NCBI GenBank assembly: GCA_937967955.1
Contig: CALBUB010000015.1
Coordinates: 758 to 64,757, forward strand
DNA from: an uncultured Bacillota bacterium
Lineage (GTDB): Bacteria > Bacillota > Clostridia > Tissierellales > Tepidimicrobiaceae
Length of the DNA: 64,000 nt
Direction: 5' to 3'
The notes beneath the pieces were generated by a model. That model made no database searches. It was not told where the DNA came from and saw nothing but the letters and a program-made list of their open reading frames with translations. Positions 48,633 through 58,904 of this stretch are shown piece after piece (positions within the stretch are counted from its first letter, which is position 1; each line of letters opens with the position of its first letter). The translations under genes were made by a program, and so were the position numbers.

Positions 48633-49982
48633 ATGAGAATTAACACCAATCTATACTTTAATCAGCTATTAAAAGATGATTGGTTACAATTTATAGAAGA
48701 AGGAAACTTAATTTATGGAAAAATTGAGCAACTAGAAGGCCAAACAGCGTGGATATATATTAAAGGCTTTGGTAGTATAAAAGCAGCTGTTGAAGGAGAT
48801 ATAAAAGAGCTTGTAGGCAAAAAGAATGTTGCTTTTGTCGTTAAATCTATAGAAGCAGACAAGATAAAATTAAAACTAGTATCCGATGAAGGTATAAAAG
48901 ACAGGCCAGTGTCACATATAAGGGGAGAAAAATATTTATATAGTATATTAAAAAAATTTAATGTTAGAATTGATGAAACGGCTTTAGAGCTACTTGATAA
49001 TTTTTTTAAGTATAACGTAAAAGCAGACAAAGAAAACTTCCAGGATGGAATCAATATATTGGATAAATTAAATCAAATTATCCATATGAAAGCTGATGAT
49101 ATAGTTGTATCAATTAATCCAAAAGAAACTACAGAAACTGTTAAAAAGCAAGATATAAGGAATTTATTTGTAGTAAGTGATGAGAAAGATGTTAATATTA
49201 AAGGGACTAGAATAGAAATAGACCCTTCTATAATAGAGGGGCTAAAAGAGGTAGGTCCAGATATACTAAAAATAGTAGCTTTTTTTGTTAAGCATAGAAT
49301 AAAGCCTACATTGGATAACATAAGATTTTTCATTGAACTAAATGAAAAGCCAGAATCATTTTTAAAAGATTATGAAATATTAAAAAAATTTTTAAATAAT
49401 GAGTTTACAAATATTCATAAAAATATTATCATAAAAAATAAGATGCAAAATCCCTTTGATGATGAAAGTAAAAAAGAATATATCCAATGGCTAAATGAAA
49501 AGATAGATTTTTTGGAAAGTAAAATTATAGATGGAGACGAGAAGGTATCTAAGGCTTTAAAAGAGTATATTGATAAAATTGGATTTATTAAAGAAATGAA
49601 TAAGGAATTAATATTTATATACTTGCCTTTTAGTATAGAGAAGTCTCATAAAGATGGGATATTAACTTTAATAAAAAATAAGAAAAGAAAAGGTAAGCCT
49701 TTTCAAAATACTAATGTCTACATAAACTTAAATACTAATAGTTTTGGGGAATTAAAGATTATATGTAATATTATGGGTTTTCACATACATCTTAAATTTA
49801 GCAATATAAATAGGGAGTATGTAGACTTTTTTAAAACTAGAGAAGAAGAACTGATAAAACTTATAGAACCAACAGGCTATGAGATAGCTTCTATAACATA
49901 CAATACTGATGATTCTATAAAGCTTTTAGATACACTAATTGAAAATCCTAATCCAATGTATTATTTAAATATAAAGGTGTAA
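48633..49982 (+). CDS. Uncharacterised 449-aa protein with a FliK-C-terminal-like (hook-length control, Flg_hook-like) domain
   Basis: The C-terminal ~100 aa (..NTNSFGELKIICNIMGFHIHLKFSNINREYVDFFKTREEELIKLIEPTGYEIASITY..) shows the alternating-strand pattern of FliK C-terminal domains. The rest is Lys/Glu/Asn/Ile-rich with no motif. Lies 4 nt upstream of the FlhB-C-like ORF. The functional call is tentative. Confidence 0.6.
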   Translation: MRINTNLYFNQLLKDDWLQFIEEGNLIYGKIEQLEGQTAWIYIKGFGSIKAAVEGDIKELVGKKNVAFVVKSIEADKIKLKLVSDEGIKDRPVSHIRGEKYLYSILKKFNVRIDETALELLDNFFKYNVKADKENFQDGINILDKLNQIIHMKADDIVVSINPKETTETVKKQDIRNLFVVSDEKDVNIKGTRIEIDPSIIEGLKEVGPDILKIVAFFVKHRIKPTLDNIRFFIELNEKPESFLKDYEILKKFLNNEFTNIHKNIIIKNKMQNPFDDESKKEYIQWLNEKIDFLESKIIDGDEKVSKALKEYIDKIGFIKEMNKELIFIYLPFSIEKSHKDGILTLIKNKKRKGKPFQNTNVYINLNTNSFGELKIICNIMGFHIHLKFSNINREYVDFFKTREEELIKLIEPTGYEIASITYNTDDSIKLLDTLIENPNPMYYLNIKV

Positions 49983-49986
49983 GTTT

Positions 49987-50277
49987 ATGAATGCAAAAGA
50001 GAAGCTAAAAAAGAAAAAAGCTGTAGCCTTATCTTATAAAGAAGGATATGTTGCACCTAAAGTAGTGGCCAAAGGCAGAGGTTTGTTAGCTGAGAAAATT
50101 GTTGAAAAGGGCAAAGAAAAGGATGTTCATATATATAAGGATGAAAATTTAGTTGAAGAATTACTTAGGTTAGATTTAAATGAAGAAATTCCACCCAGCT
50201 TATACGAAGCGGTTGCCAAGATAATCCTTTTTGTTTATCAATTAGATAAAGAAAAGGAAGGGCATTATGAGAAATAA
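49987..50277 (+). CDS. ylqH: FlhB C-terminal-domain paralogue (YlqH / EscU-YscU-HrcU-like), soluble, lacking TM region and NPTH site
   Basis: KKKAVALSYKEGYVAPKVVAKGRGLLAEKIVEKGKEKDVHIYKDENLVEELL..EIPPSLYEAVAKIILFVYQL is colinear with the post-NPTH part of FlhB (YAVALQY..APKVLAKGAG..A.RIRE...IPI.E...LAR.L......IP..LY.AVAEVL.WVYQL). 96 aa, no hydrophobic span. Confidence 0.85.
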   Translation: MNAKEKLKKKKAVALSYKEGYVAPKVVAKGRGLLAEKIVEKGKEKDVHIYKDENLVEELLRLDLNEEIPPSLYEAVAKIILFVYQLDKEKEGHYEK

Positions 50278-50623
50278 TTTTGAAAAAGGCATATTAGGAG
50301 AAAAAAAGGCTCAAGAATACCTAATATCTAGAGGATATGAAATAAAGGAAACCAATTATAGGACAAAAATAGGTGAAATAGATATAATTGCAGAAAAAGC
50401 TAACATATTAGTTTTTGTCGAAGTAAAAACTAGAACAAATACAAATTTCGGCTTTCCTTATGAAGCTGTAAACAAGAGAAAGATAAACAAGATAGTCAAG
50501 TCTTCTCTAGTATATATTAAAGAAAAGGGTATTAGAAATTATCAGATAAGATACGACATAATTGAAGTTTTTCTTTATGACAAGACTAAAATCAACCATA
50601 TAGAGAATGTTTTTTGTATGTAA
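50267..50623 (+). CDS. yraN: YraN-family (UPF0102) endonuclease-like protein
   Basis: GE.DIIA...LVFVEVKTR..YDIIEV pattern. 11-nt overlap with ylqH. Confidence 0.9.
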   Translation: MRNNFEKGILGEKKAQEYLISRGYEIKETNYRTKIGEIDIIAEKANILVFVEVKTRTNTNFGFPYEAVNKRKINKIVKSSLVYIKEKGIRNYQIRYDIIEVFLYDKTKINHIENVFCM

Positions 50624-50692
50624 ATATCAGAAAATAAGGTATTTTACCTATTACCCAGGGAATAGGAAATTATTATTTGTAAGGGTGAAAAT

Positions 50693-52222
50693 ATGTATTC
50701 AAAAATAAAGACCTGTATCCTACAAGGTTTAAATGGGCATGTTGTTGAGGTAGAAACGGATTTATCTAAAGGCTTACCCGTATTTAATATTGTAGGCCTT
50801 CCTGACACCTCCATAAAAGAATCCAAGGAAAGGGTAAGAACCGCTATAAAAAATAGCGGCTTTGATTTTCCATTGGCCAGAATTACAGTTAATCTGGCTC
50901 CGGCTAATTTGAAAAAAGAAGGCTCTCAATTAGATTTGGCTATAGCAGTGGGACTTTTGAGCGCTATGGGCATTGTTGGAGATTTTGATTTTGAGAATAC
51001 TACTTTCATTGGAGAACTTACCCTGGATGGTAGGATAAATCCTATTGACGGTGCTTTACCTATTGTCATTTCCTTAAGGGAGCATAATATTAAACGCTGT
51101 ATTGTTCCTTATGATAATAGGGATGAGGCTGCAATTGTAGAAGATGTTGAGATAATACCAGTAAAAGACTTAGGAGAAGTTGTTGATTATTTAAATGGTG
51201 TAAAAGTTATAAAAGCATACAAAAATGAGAAGGCTTTATCTATTGATGAAGATGAAGCTTATGAAGTTGATTTTAGCGATATAAAAGGCCAGGAAAGTTT
51301 AAAGAGGGCTTTAGAAGTAGCAGCTGCCGGTTCTCATAATGTATTGATTATTGGCCCTCCTGGCGCAGGAAAAACCATGGCTGCAAGAAGGCTTTCTACT
51401 ATATTACCAAATTTAACTTTTGAGGAGGCTATAGAGACAACTAAGATTTACAGTATAGCAGGTCTTTTGAAAGATAATGCCTTAATAACAAAAAGACCCT
51501 TTAGAGCTCCACATCATACATCTTCTGCCGTATCCCTTATTGGTGGTGGAAGGATACCTAAACCCGGAGAAGTATCTTTGGCTCATAACGGGGTTCTTTT
51601 TTTGGATGAAATTCTTGAATTTAAAAAAAGTGTATTAGAAGTATTAAGACAGCCTATGGAGGATGGGGTAGTTACTATTTCTAGGGCAAATGCTACTTTA
51701 ACTTACCCATCTAAATTTATGTTAGTTGCAAGTATGAATCCATGTCCATGTGGTTATTATGGAGATCCCTATCATGAATGTACTTGTTCCCAAAATACTA
51801 TTGATAGATATTTAAGTAAATTAAGCAGCCCTCTTTTAGATAGAATTGATATCCATATAGAGGTCCAGCCAGTTGCTTATACCGACTTGGTGGAAGGAAA
51901 GAAAGCAGAGACTTCAAAGGAAATTAGAAATAGAGTTAATAAGGCAAGACAAATACAACTTGAAAGATATAAAAAAGATAATATATACAGCAATTCTCAA
52001 TTGAGTCCAAGGGATATAAAAAAATATTGTAAGCTTAGTAAAAATGCTAAAGTTATAATGGAAGAAGCCTTTAAAAAGTATAGATTTAGTGCAAGAACGT
52101 ATAATAAAATATTAAAAGTTGGCCGTACTATAGCAGACTTAGACGGGGAAGAAGTAATACAGGAAAAGCATATTTTAGAAGCTATAAGGTATAGAACTAT
52201 AGATAGGAAGTATTGGGGGTAG
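50693..52222 (+). CDS. comM: ComM/YifB Mg-chelatase-like AAA+ ATPase
   Basis: N-terminal Lon-like domain, GPPGAGKTM Walker A, and a zinc-like CPCGYYG..HECTC segment. Confidence 0.93.
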   Translation: MYSKIKTCILQGLNGHVVEVETDLSKGLPVFNIVGLPDTSIKESKERVRTAIKNSGFDFPLARITVNLAPANLKKEGSQLDLAIAVGLLSAMGIVGDFDFENTTFIGELTLDGRINPIDGALPIVISLREHNIKRCIVPYDNRDEAAIVEDVEIIPVKDLGEVVDYLNGVKVIKAYKNEKALSIDEDEAYEVDFSDIKGQESLKRALEVAAAGSHNVLIIGPPGAGKTMAARRLSTILPNLTFEEAIETTKIYSIAGLLKDNALITKRPFRAPHHTSSAVSLIGGGRIPKPGEVSLAHNGVLFLDEILEFKKSVLEVLRQPMEDGVVTISRANATLTYPSKFMLVASMNPCPCGYYGDPYHECTCSQNTIDRYLSKLSSPLLDRIDIHIEVQPVAYTDLVEGKKAETSKEIRNRVNKARQIQLERYKKDNIYSNSQLSPRDIKKYCKLSKNAKVIMEEAFKKYRFSARTYNKILKVGRTIADLDGEEVIQEKHILEAIRYRTIDRKYWG

Positions 52223-52227
52223 AGGTT

Positions 52228-53322
52228 ATGAGAAAGCCCTCTAATAGAGATGTTATTATTTGGTTACATAGTCTTAATATAGGAAATAGAAATATTGAAA
52301 AAATAATGTGCCAGTTAGATAGTTTACAGGAACTATGGAATATGCCAATAAACCAAATTTATAGATTCCAGGATATTAATTCTAATGTTTTAGAAAAGAT
52401 TATATCATATAGGAATGAAGACTATATTAAAAGACTATACGATACCTTATATGAAAATGATATAGATATAATTACTATTTATGATGATAGTTATCCCCAA
52501 GATTTAAAAAATATATATAATAAACCTTTGGTTTTATATGTAAAAGGAAATATAATAGAGGAAGATGCTCTTGCTATAGCAGTAGTAGGTTCAAGAAAGG
52601 CTACTAGTTATGGCAAATGGGCAACTGAATATTTTGTAAGAGAACTTGTAAATTTGGAAGTGACTATAGTTAGTGGCTTAGCTTTAGGCATAGATAGTAT
52701 AGCCCATAAAACAGCTATAGAAAATGGAGGTAGAACTATAGCTGTTTTAGGAAATGGGCTGGACATAATATATCCTAAGAGAAATAAAGAATTATATAAA
52801 ACAGTACCTGAAAATGGAGCCTTGATTACTGAATATCCTTTTGGTGTGGAGCCTTTGGCATATAACTTTCCCCAGAGAAATAGGATAATAAGCGGTATAT
52901 CTTTAGGGGTAATAGTAATTGAAGCCAAGGAAAAAAGTGGCTCACTGATAACTGTAGAACATGCTTTGGAACAAGGAAAGGAAGTTTTTGCTCTTCCTGG
53001 AAACATAAATAGTATATTTAGTAAAGGAACAAATAAACTTATTAAGGAAGGTGCAAAGCTTATTATGGATGTGGAAGATATAATTGAAGAAATACATCTA
53101 CTTAAAAGTAAACAACAAAAAATAAGAGAAAAGGAAATCGATTTTTCCCAACTAAGCCAGCTGGAAATAAAGGTGGTTGAAGCTATAAAAGAAGGTCCCT
53201 TACATTCTGATATGATAGCTATTAAAACAGGTTTAGATATATCTACTGTAAATAGCGTAATTACCATATTGGAAATTAAAGGAATTATTAAGGAGATAGC
53301 TGGAAGGGTTTTTAGCTTATAA
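52228..53322 (+). CDS. dprA: DNA processing protein DprA
   Basis: SGLALGIDSIAH Rossmann-fold motif and a C-terminal winged-helix region. ATG 52228 preferred over the track's GTG 52213. Confidence 0.92.
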   Translation: MRKPSNRDVIIWLHSLNIGNRNIEKIMCQLDSLQELWNMPINQIYRFQDINSNVLEKIISYRNEDYIKRLYDTLYENDIDIITIYDDSYPQDLKNIYNKPLVLYVKGNIIEEDALAIAVVGSRKATSYGKWATEYFVRELVNLEVTIVSGLALGIDSIAHKTAIENGGRTIAVLGNGLDIIYPKRNKELYKTVPENGALITEYPFGVEPLAYNFPQRNRIISGISLGVIVIEAKEKSGSLITVEHALEQGKEVFALPGNINSIFSKGTNKLIKEGAKLIMDVEDIIEEIHLLKSKQQKIREKEIDFSQLSQLEIKVVEAIKEGPLHSDMIAIKTGLDISTVNSVITILEIKGIIKEIAGRVFSL

Positions 53323-53346
53323 TAGCTATTAATGGAGGTGTAATAA

Positions 53347-55434
53347 TTGCAAAGGAACTTAGTAATAGTTGAATCACCAGCTAAAGCTAAAACTATAAGT
53401 AAATTCCTAGGAAGGAAGTATAAGGTTAAAGCTTCAGTAGGCCATATTAGAGATTTGCCTAAGAGTAGCTTAGGTATAGATATAGATAATAATTTTCAAC
53501 CTAAATATATAACTATTAGGGGTAAAGGGCCAGTAGTACAAGAATTAAAAAAGGAAGCAAAAAAGTCTAAAAAAGTATTTTTAGCTACCGACCCAGATAG
53601 AGAAGGGGAAGCTATATCATGGCACTTAGCTTATCTATTGGGCATAGATGAAAATGAACCTGTTAGAATAGAATTTAACGAAATAACAAAAGAAGCTATA
53701 GAAAAAGCCATTAAAAAACCTAGAGTAATCGATAAAAATTTAGTAGATGCCCAGCAAGCTAGAAGGGTATTAGATAGGCTTGTTGGTTATAAAATAAGCC
53801 CTTTATTATGGAGGAAGATTAAAAGAGGATTAAGTGCTGGTAGAGTTCAATCAGTAGCTGTTAAACTTATATGTGATAGGGAAAAGGAAATAGAGAACTT
53901 TGTACCTGAAGAATATTGGAGCATTAAGGCTATTATGGAGAAGGATGATGACAGATTTGAGGCAACCTTTTATGGAATTCTAAATAATGGAAAAGAAGAG
54001 AAAATAGAGCTAACAAATAAAGAGAAAGTTGAAGAAATAGTAAGTTCCTTAGATAAGGACAGTTTTATAGTAAAGGAAGTTAAAAAAGGCAGCAAAAAAA
54101 GGAATCCTAATCCTCCATATATAACTAGTACATTACAGCAAGATGCTTCTAGAAGGTTAGGCTTTTCTACTAAAAAGACTATGGCTATTGCCCAACAACT
54201 TTATGAAGGGATAGATATAAAAGGAGAAGGCACAGTAGGACTTGTTACCTATATTAGGACAGATTCTACTAGGATTTCAACAGAAGCTATAAATATGGCT
54301 AAAGACTTTATTATAGAAAATTTTGGAAAAGAATATTCTAATGGTGGAAAGAATTATAGTAATAAGAAAAAAGAGGCTCAAGATGCTCATGAGTGTATAA
54401 GGCCTACATCTATATTTAGAAAACCAGATGACATTAAGGACTCACTAACAAAAGACCAATATTTATTATATGATTTAATATGGAAGAGATTTATTTCTTC
54501 ACAAATGAGTCCGGCTATTTATGATACTCTATCTTTAAAGTTGGTTTCTAACAATAATCTATTCAAAGCTAGTGGTTCAAAATTAAAATTTGATGGCTTC
54601 ATGAAAGTATATGGAGTAGGTAAACAGAATGAAAAAGAGGAAAAAGCAGAAATACCTTTACTAGTAGAAGGAGAAAAGATTAAAGCCAGGGAGATTAAAC
54701 CTGAACAACACTTTACACAACCACCTGCAAGATATACAGAGGCAACTTTAATTAAAACTCTGGAGGAGCTTGGGATAGGACGACCAAGCACCTATTCACC
54801 TATAATTTCAACAATATTAAATAGAAACTATGTTACTATAAAAAACAAAGCTTTTTATCCAACAGAGTTGGGAATATTGGTAAATGAACTTTTGGAAGAA
54901 TATTTTAAGGATATAGTAGATGTAAAATTTACTGCTGATTTAGAAGAAAAGCTAGATGAAATTGCTGAAGGAAATTATAGCTGGCAGTCAGTAGTTGAGG
55001 ATTTTTATAGCCATTTTGAAAAAGTATTAAAAAGAGCTGAAGAAGAGATTTCCAATATAAAAATTGAAGATGAAGTGACTGACGAAATTTGTGAAAAATG
55101 TGGCAGAAATATGGTTATAAAATATGGTAGATATGGAAAATTTCTTGCTTGTCCTGGTTATCCTGAGTGCAAAAATACGAAACCAATCCAGGATAAAATA
55201 GGTGTAAAATGTCCTGAATGTGGTGGAGATATTGTACGTCTTAGATCTAGCAAAGGAAGGACCTTTTACGGCTGTAGTAATTATCCAAAATGTAACTTTA
55301 TGACTTGGAAGGAACCAATAAATGAAAAATGCCCAAATTGTGGGGCAACAATGGTAAAGGAAGAGAACAAAAAAGGCCTATTGAAAAAATGTTCAAATAA
55401 AGATTGTGGCTATAGCAAAATGGAAGAAAAGTAA
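53347..55434 (+). CDS. topA: DNA topoisomerase I
   Basis: Toprim region (LVIVESPAKAKTI, DPDREGE) and C-terminal C4 zinc ribbons. TTG start after GGAGGTG. Confidence 0.96.
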   Translation: MQRNLVIVESPAKAKTISKFLGRKYKVKASVGHIRDLPKSSLGIDIDNNFQPKYITIRGKGPVVQELKKEAKKSKKVFLATDPDREGEAISWHLAYLLGIDENEPVRIEFNEITKEAIEKAIKKPRVIDKNLVDAQQARRVLDRLVGYKISPLLWRKIKRGLSAGRVQSVAVKLICDREKEIENFVPEEYWSIKAIMEKDDDRFEATFYGILNNGKEEKIELTNKEKVEEIVSSLDKDSFIVKEVKKGSKKRNPNPPYITSTLQQDASRRLGFSTKKTMAIAQQLYEGIDIKGEGTVGLVTYIRTDSTRISTEAINMAKDFIIENFGKEYSNGGKNYSNKKKEAQDAHECIRPTSIFRKPDDIKDSLTKDQYLLYDLIWKRFISSQMSPAIYDTLSLKLVSNNNLFKASGSKLKFDGFMKVYGVGKQNEKEEKAEIPLLVEGEKIKAREIKPEQHFTQPPARYTEATLIKTLEELGIGRPSTYSPIISTILNRNYVTIKNKAFYPTELGILVNELLEEYFKDIVDVKFTADLEEKLDEIAEGNYSWQSVVEDFYSHFEKVLKRAEEEISNIKIEDEVTDEICEKCGRNMVIKYGRYGKFLACPGYPECKNTKPIQDKIGVKCPECGGDIVRLRSSKGRTFYGCSNYPKCNFMTWKEPINEKCPNCGATMVKEENKKGLLKKCSNKDCGYSKMEEK

Positions 55435-55486
55435 AAAAAGCTGTACTTTTTGCATAAAATATAGTAATCTATTATACAAATGATAA

Positions 55487-55501
55487 AATATTCTGAGAAG
55501 T
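55487..55501 (+). promoter_or_regulatory. CodY-box-like motif upstream of hslVU-codY
   Basis: AATATTCTGAGAAGT matches AATTTTCWGAAAATT at 12 of 15 positions. It lies just downstream of a candidate promoter: TTGCAT 55450-55455, 17-nt spacer, TATACA 55473-55478. Confidence 0.25.
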
Positions 55502-55539
55502 GTTAAAATATAACTAGAGAAGCAGATGAGGTGTTTGTC

Positions 55540-56067
55540 ATGAATGGTACTACTATAGTTGCAGTTAAAAAGGATAATAAAACTGCTATTGCAGGAGATG
55601 GACAAATTACTATGGGACAACAAACTATAATGAAGGCTACTGCAAAAAAAGTTAGAAAAATATATAACAATAATGTTATAATAGGATTTGCGGGTTCCGT
55701 GGCGGATGCTGTAACTCTAGCAGAAATCCTTGAAGAAAAGTTGGAGCAACATAGTGGGAATCTAAAAAGAGCTGCTATTGAGCTTGCAAAAGACTGGAGA
55801 AGGGATAGAACTTTAAGAAAACTTGAAGCATTGATGATTGCCGCTGACAAGGATAATTTGCTTCTTATATCAGGAAATGGAGAGGTTATTGAGCCAGAAG
55901 AAGGTGTAATAGCAATAGGCTCAGGTGGTAACTTTGCATTGGCAGCAGCTAAGGCTTTGATAAAATACACTGACTTATCTGCAGAAGAAATAGCAAAAGA
56001 AGCAATTTTAATTGCTGCATCTATTTGTGTATACACTAATAACAATATCACCTGCCAGGTCATTTAA
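55540..56067 (+). CDS. hslV: ATP-dependent protease subunit HslV (CodW/ClpQ)
   Basis: ..[22 protein letters not shown].. GAGGTG lies 6 nt before ATG 55540. Confidence 0.93.
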   Translation: MNGTTIVAVKKDNKTAIAGDGQITMGQQTIMKATAKKVRKIYNNNVIIGFAGSVADAVTLAEILEEKLEQHSGNLKRAAIELAKDWRRDRTLRKLEALMIAADKDNLLLISGNGEVIEPEEGVIAIGSGGNFALAAAKALIKYTDLSAEEIAKEAILIAASICVYTNNNITCQVI

Positions 56068-56081
56068 GGAGAGTGGATGCC

Positions 56082-57464
56082 ATGGGAGAAATGACACCAA
56101 GAGAGATAGTAGAGGAGTTGGATAAATATATAGTTGGTCAAGATAAAGCTAAAAAAGCAGTTGCCATATCTTTAAGGAATAGATATAGAAGAAGATTGCT
56201 TTCAGAAGAAATTAGAAGTGAAATCAAACCGAGAAACATATTAATGATTGGTCCTACAGGTGTAGGAAAAACAGAAATTGCTAGAAGGCTAGCAATGTTA
56301 GCAGACATTCCCTTTGTAAAAGTAGAAGCTACTAAATTTACAGAAGTAGGTTATGTAGGCAGAGATGTGGATTCTATGGTTAGAGATTTGGTGGAAGAAG
56401 CTATACGCATGGTTAAAAGTAAGAAGATAAGTGAAGTGTATGAAAAGAGTAAAGAGTTGGCTGATGAAAAAATTGTAAACATTTTATTACCTTCTTCTAA
56501 AAAAAAGACTAACAATCCTTTTGAGTTGCTATTTGCCAATGATAAAGAAAAATATACAGTGGAAGAGGAAGAAAAGGAAGCCTTAGCAAATAGACGTAAA
56601 GAACTGTTGGAAAAGATTAAAAGAGGAGAATTGGATGATAAAATAATTGAAATTGAAGTGGAAGATAATCATAGTTCCGCTGTAGGTTTCTTTGGAGGCC
56701 TAGGTATAGAAGAGTTTAATATTAATTTAGGGGATATATTTGGAGATATGCTGCCAAAGAAGTATAAGAAAAAGAAGGTTACTATTAAAGAAGCAAAGAA
56801 GATCCTCATAAACCAGGAATCTGAGAAATTGATTGATATGGATGAAGTGATAGAAATAGGGATTAAAAAAGCAGAAGAAGATGGTATTATATTCATAGAC
56901 GAAATAGACAAAATTGCAGGGAAAAACTATACTTCAGGTCCAGATGTATCCCGTGAAGGAGTCCAAAGAGATATTTTACCAATAGTAGAAGGAACTACTG
57001 TAATGACTAAGTATGGGCCTGTAAAAACAGATTATATATTGTTTATTGCTGCAGGCGCTTTCCATGTATCAAAAGTAGAAGACTTAATACCAGAACTACA
57101 GGGTAGATTCCCTATAAGGGTTGAATTAGACAGCTTAACAGAAAAAGATTTTATGGAGATTTTGACAAAACCTAAAAATGCATTAATAAAACAATACCAA
57201 CATTTGATGAAAACAGAAGGTATTGAACTACAATTTACAGATGATGCAATTAAAATGATTGCAAAAGTAGCATATTTAATAAATGAACAAGCTGAAAATA
57301 TAGGTGCTAGAAGGCTTAGTACTGTTATGGAAAAGCTACTTGAAGATGTTTCTTATGAAGCACCTGATTTAAATACTGATAAGTACATCATAGATGAAGA
57401 ATATGTGAAGAAAAAATTAGGAACATACGTTCAGCAAAAAGACATAACAAAATATATTTTGTAA
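56082..57464 (+). CDS. hslU: ATP-dependent protease ATPase subunit HslU (CodX/ClpY)
   Basis: [32 protein letters not shown] and Walker [16 protein letters not shown]. Start at ATG 56082 or 56091. Confidence 0.95.
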   Translation: MGEMTPREIVEELDKYIVGQDKAKKAVAISLRNRYRRRLLSEEIRSEIKPRNILMIGPTGVGKTEIARRLAMLADIPFVKVEATKFTEVGYVGRDVDSMVRDLVEEAIRMVKSKKISEVYEKSKELADEKIVNILLPSSKKKTNNPFELLFANDKEKYTVEEEEKEALANRRKELLEKIKRGELDDKIIEIEVEDNHSSAVGFFGGLGIEEFNINLGDIFGDMLPKKYKKKKVTIKEAKKILINQESEKLIDMDEVIEIGIKKAEEDGIIFIDEIDKIAGKNYTSGPDVSREGVQRDILPIVEGTTVMTKYGPVKTDYILFIAAGAFHVSKVEDLIPELQGRFPIRVELDSLTEKDFMEILTKPKNALIKQYQHLMKTEGIELQFTDDAIKMIAKVAYLINEQAENIGARRLSTVMEKLLEDVSYEAPDLNTDKYIIDEEYVKKKLGTYVQQKDITKYIL

Positions 57465-57479
57465 AAAAGGAGGATACTA

Positions 57480-58265
57480 ATGACAGAAACACTATTACAA
57501 AAAACTAGAAGATTAAATAAAATGCTACAAGGTTCAGGACCAAAACCATTATCATTTCTTGATTTAAGTAAAATACTTAGCGATATATTAGATGCTAATG
57601 TATATATTGCTAGTAAAAAAGGAAAAGTATTAGGCTATGCTTTAGCAGAAGGTTCCGATTGTGATAAAATTCAGGCTGAGATAGTTAAAGAAAGAAGATT
57701 CCCTAAGCAATATAATGATCAACTATTAAAAATTACTGAGACTAAAGAGAATTTCAAGGAAATTCCTGAGTGTGTTTTTGAGCCTGAGACAGAATGTCCA
57801 TATCCAGACAAGATTACTACAGTAATACCTATAAGTAGTGCAGGGGAAAGGTTAGGTACTTTAGTATTAGCAAGATATAATAGAGAATTTACTGAGGATG
57901 ATTTAGTTTTAGCTGAATATAGTGCAACAGTTGTAGGTATGGAAATATTAAGATCTAAAACTGAAGAAATGGAAGAAGAGTCAAGAAAGAAAGCTGTTGT
58001 ACAGATGGCAATTGGAACCCTTTCTTATTCAGAGCTAGAAGCAATGGATCATATTTTTAAAGAGCTAGATGGAGAAGAAGGTTTAATTGTAGCAAGTAAG
58101 ATTGCAGATAGAGTAGGAATAACCAGATCTGTTATAGTAAATGCTTTAAGAAAATTAGAGTCAGCTGGTGTTATTGAATCTAGATCATTAGGAATGAAAG
58201 GAACTCACATTAAGATACTGAATGATAAACTGCTAGATGAATTAGAAAAAATTAGAGAATTTTAG
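57480..58265 (+). CDS. codY: GTP/branched-chain-amino-acid-sensing global regulator CodY
   Basis: GAF-like N-domain and C-terminal w[41 protein letters not shown]. Confidence 0.95.
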   Translation: MTETLLQKTRRLNKMLQGSGPKPLSFLDLSKILSDILDANVYIASKKGKVLGYALAEGSDCDKIQAEIVKERRFPKQYNDQLLKITETKENFKEIPECVFEPETECPYPDKITTVIPISSAGERLGTLVLARYNREFTEDDLVLAEYSATVVGMEILRSKTEEMEEESRKKAVVQMAIGTLSYSELEAMDHIFKELDGEEGLIVASKIADRVGITRSVIVNALRKLESAGVIESRSLGMKGTHIKILNDKLLDELEKIREF

Positions 58266-58267
58266 AT

Positions 58268-58297
58268 AAAAATAGTGGGGCTACCCACTATTTTTTT
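58268..58297 (+). terminator. Rho-independent terminator after codY
   Basis: AAAAATAGTGGG-GCTA-CCCACTATTTTT followed by further Ts. Confidence 0.85.
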
Positions 58298-58497
58298 AGG
58301 CCTATAGTAATATTTGTCAAAAAAACTAGAGTATCACTGGGCTAATTGAAAAAAATGTTGTATCATAAATAAGTAGCAAATATTTGTAGAATACTTAGGA
58401 ACTATTTTGAAGATAAAGGGAACTTGTGCAACAATATATTGAAATAAGGGATAGTATGTATTAATATTAGTTATAAAGATGGAAGGAGATGGAGATA

Positions 58498-58902
58498 ATG
58501 GGCGATATCTTGAACAATGTTAATATTCTCCATAAAGCTTTAGAAGGTTTGTGGCTTCGAAATAAAGCAATTAGTCACAACATATCCAATGCTGATACTC
58601 CTAATTATAAAAGATTAGAAGTCCGCTTTGAAGATAGACTAAGGGATGCATTAAATAATAGAAGTATTAAATTGGAAACAACTCATGACAAACACATTTC
58701 ATCTGCTGAAAATATTCATCAAGTTAGGCCCACAGTGGAAGTCGACAGAAGTTTTGCATATAGGTTTGATGGAAACAATGTAAATATTGATGTGGAGGCA
58801 GCTAATTTAGCAAAAAATGCTATTATGTATAATGCTGTAGTTAACCAGGTATCTGGTGAATTTAGCAAGCTGAGAAATGTGATAAGTGAAGGGAGTAGAT
58901 AG
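58498..58902 (+). CDS. flgB: Flagellar basal-body rod protein FlgB
   Basis: NISNADTPNYK motif. GGAAGGAG (58481-58488) favours ATG 58498 over ATG 58489. Confidence 0.92.
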   Translation: MGDILNNVNILHKALEGLWLRNKAISHNISNADTPNYKRLEVRFEDRLRDALNNRSIKLETTHDKHISSAENIHQVRPTVEVDRSFAYRFDGNNVNIDVEAANLAKNAIMYNAVVNQVSGEFSKLRNVISEGSR

Positions 58903-58904
58903 TT

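Noticed and set aside
52608-53267. Long antisense ORFs in the supplied track. Examples: 52608-53267, 41243-41902, 55503-56063, 25239-25613, 21472-21948, 26660-27136, 33230-34105, 10305-11237.
   Set aside because: Each lies fully inside, and opposite to, a CDS with strong family motifs. Their products are low-complexity Ser/Leu/Phe/Ile-rich strings. That is what is expected from the reverse complement of Glu/Lys/Asp-rich, AT-biased coding sequence. None has a Shine-Dalgarno sequence.
58266-58497. Searched the 232-bp region upstream of flgB for a c-di-GMP riboswitch or an invertible flagellar switch (both known upstream of flgB in Clostridioides difficile), and for CodY or sigma-D boxes.
   Set aside because: The spacer is almost pure A/T and has none of the GC-rich conserved GEMM segments. 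The only inverted or direct repeats are short, imperfect A/T strings (e.g. TAGTAATATT / AATATTAGTT, AATATTTGT twice). No GCCGATAT-type -10 and no CodY-like box better than background were found.
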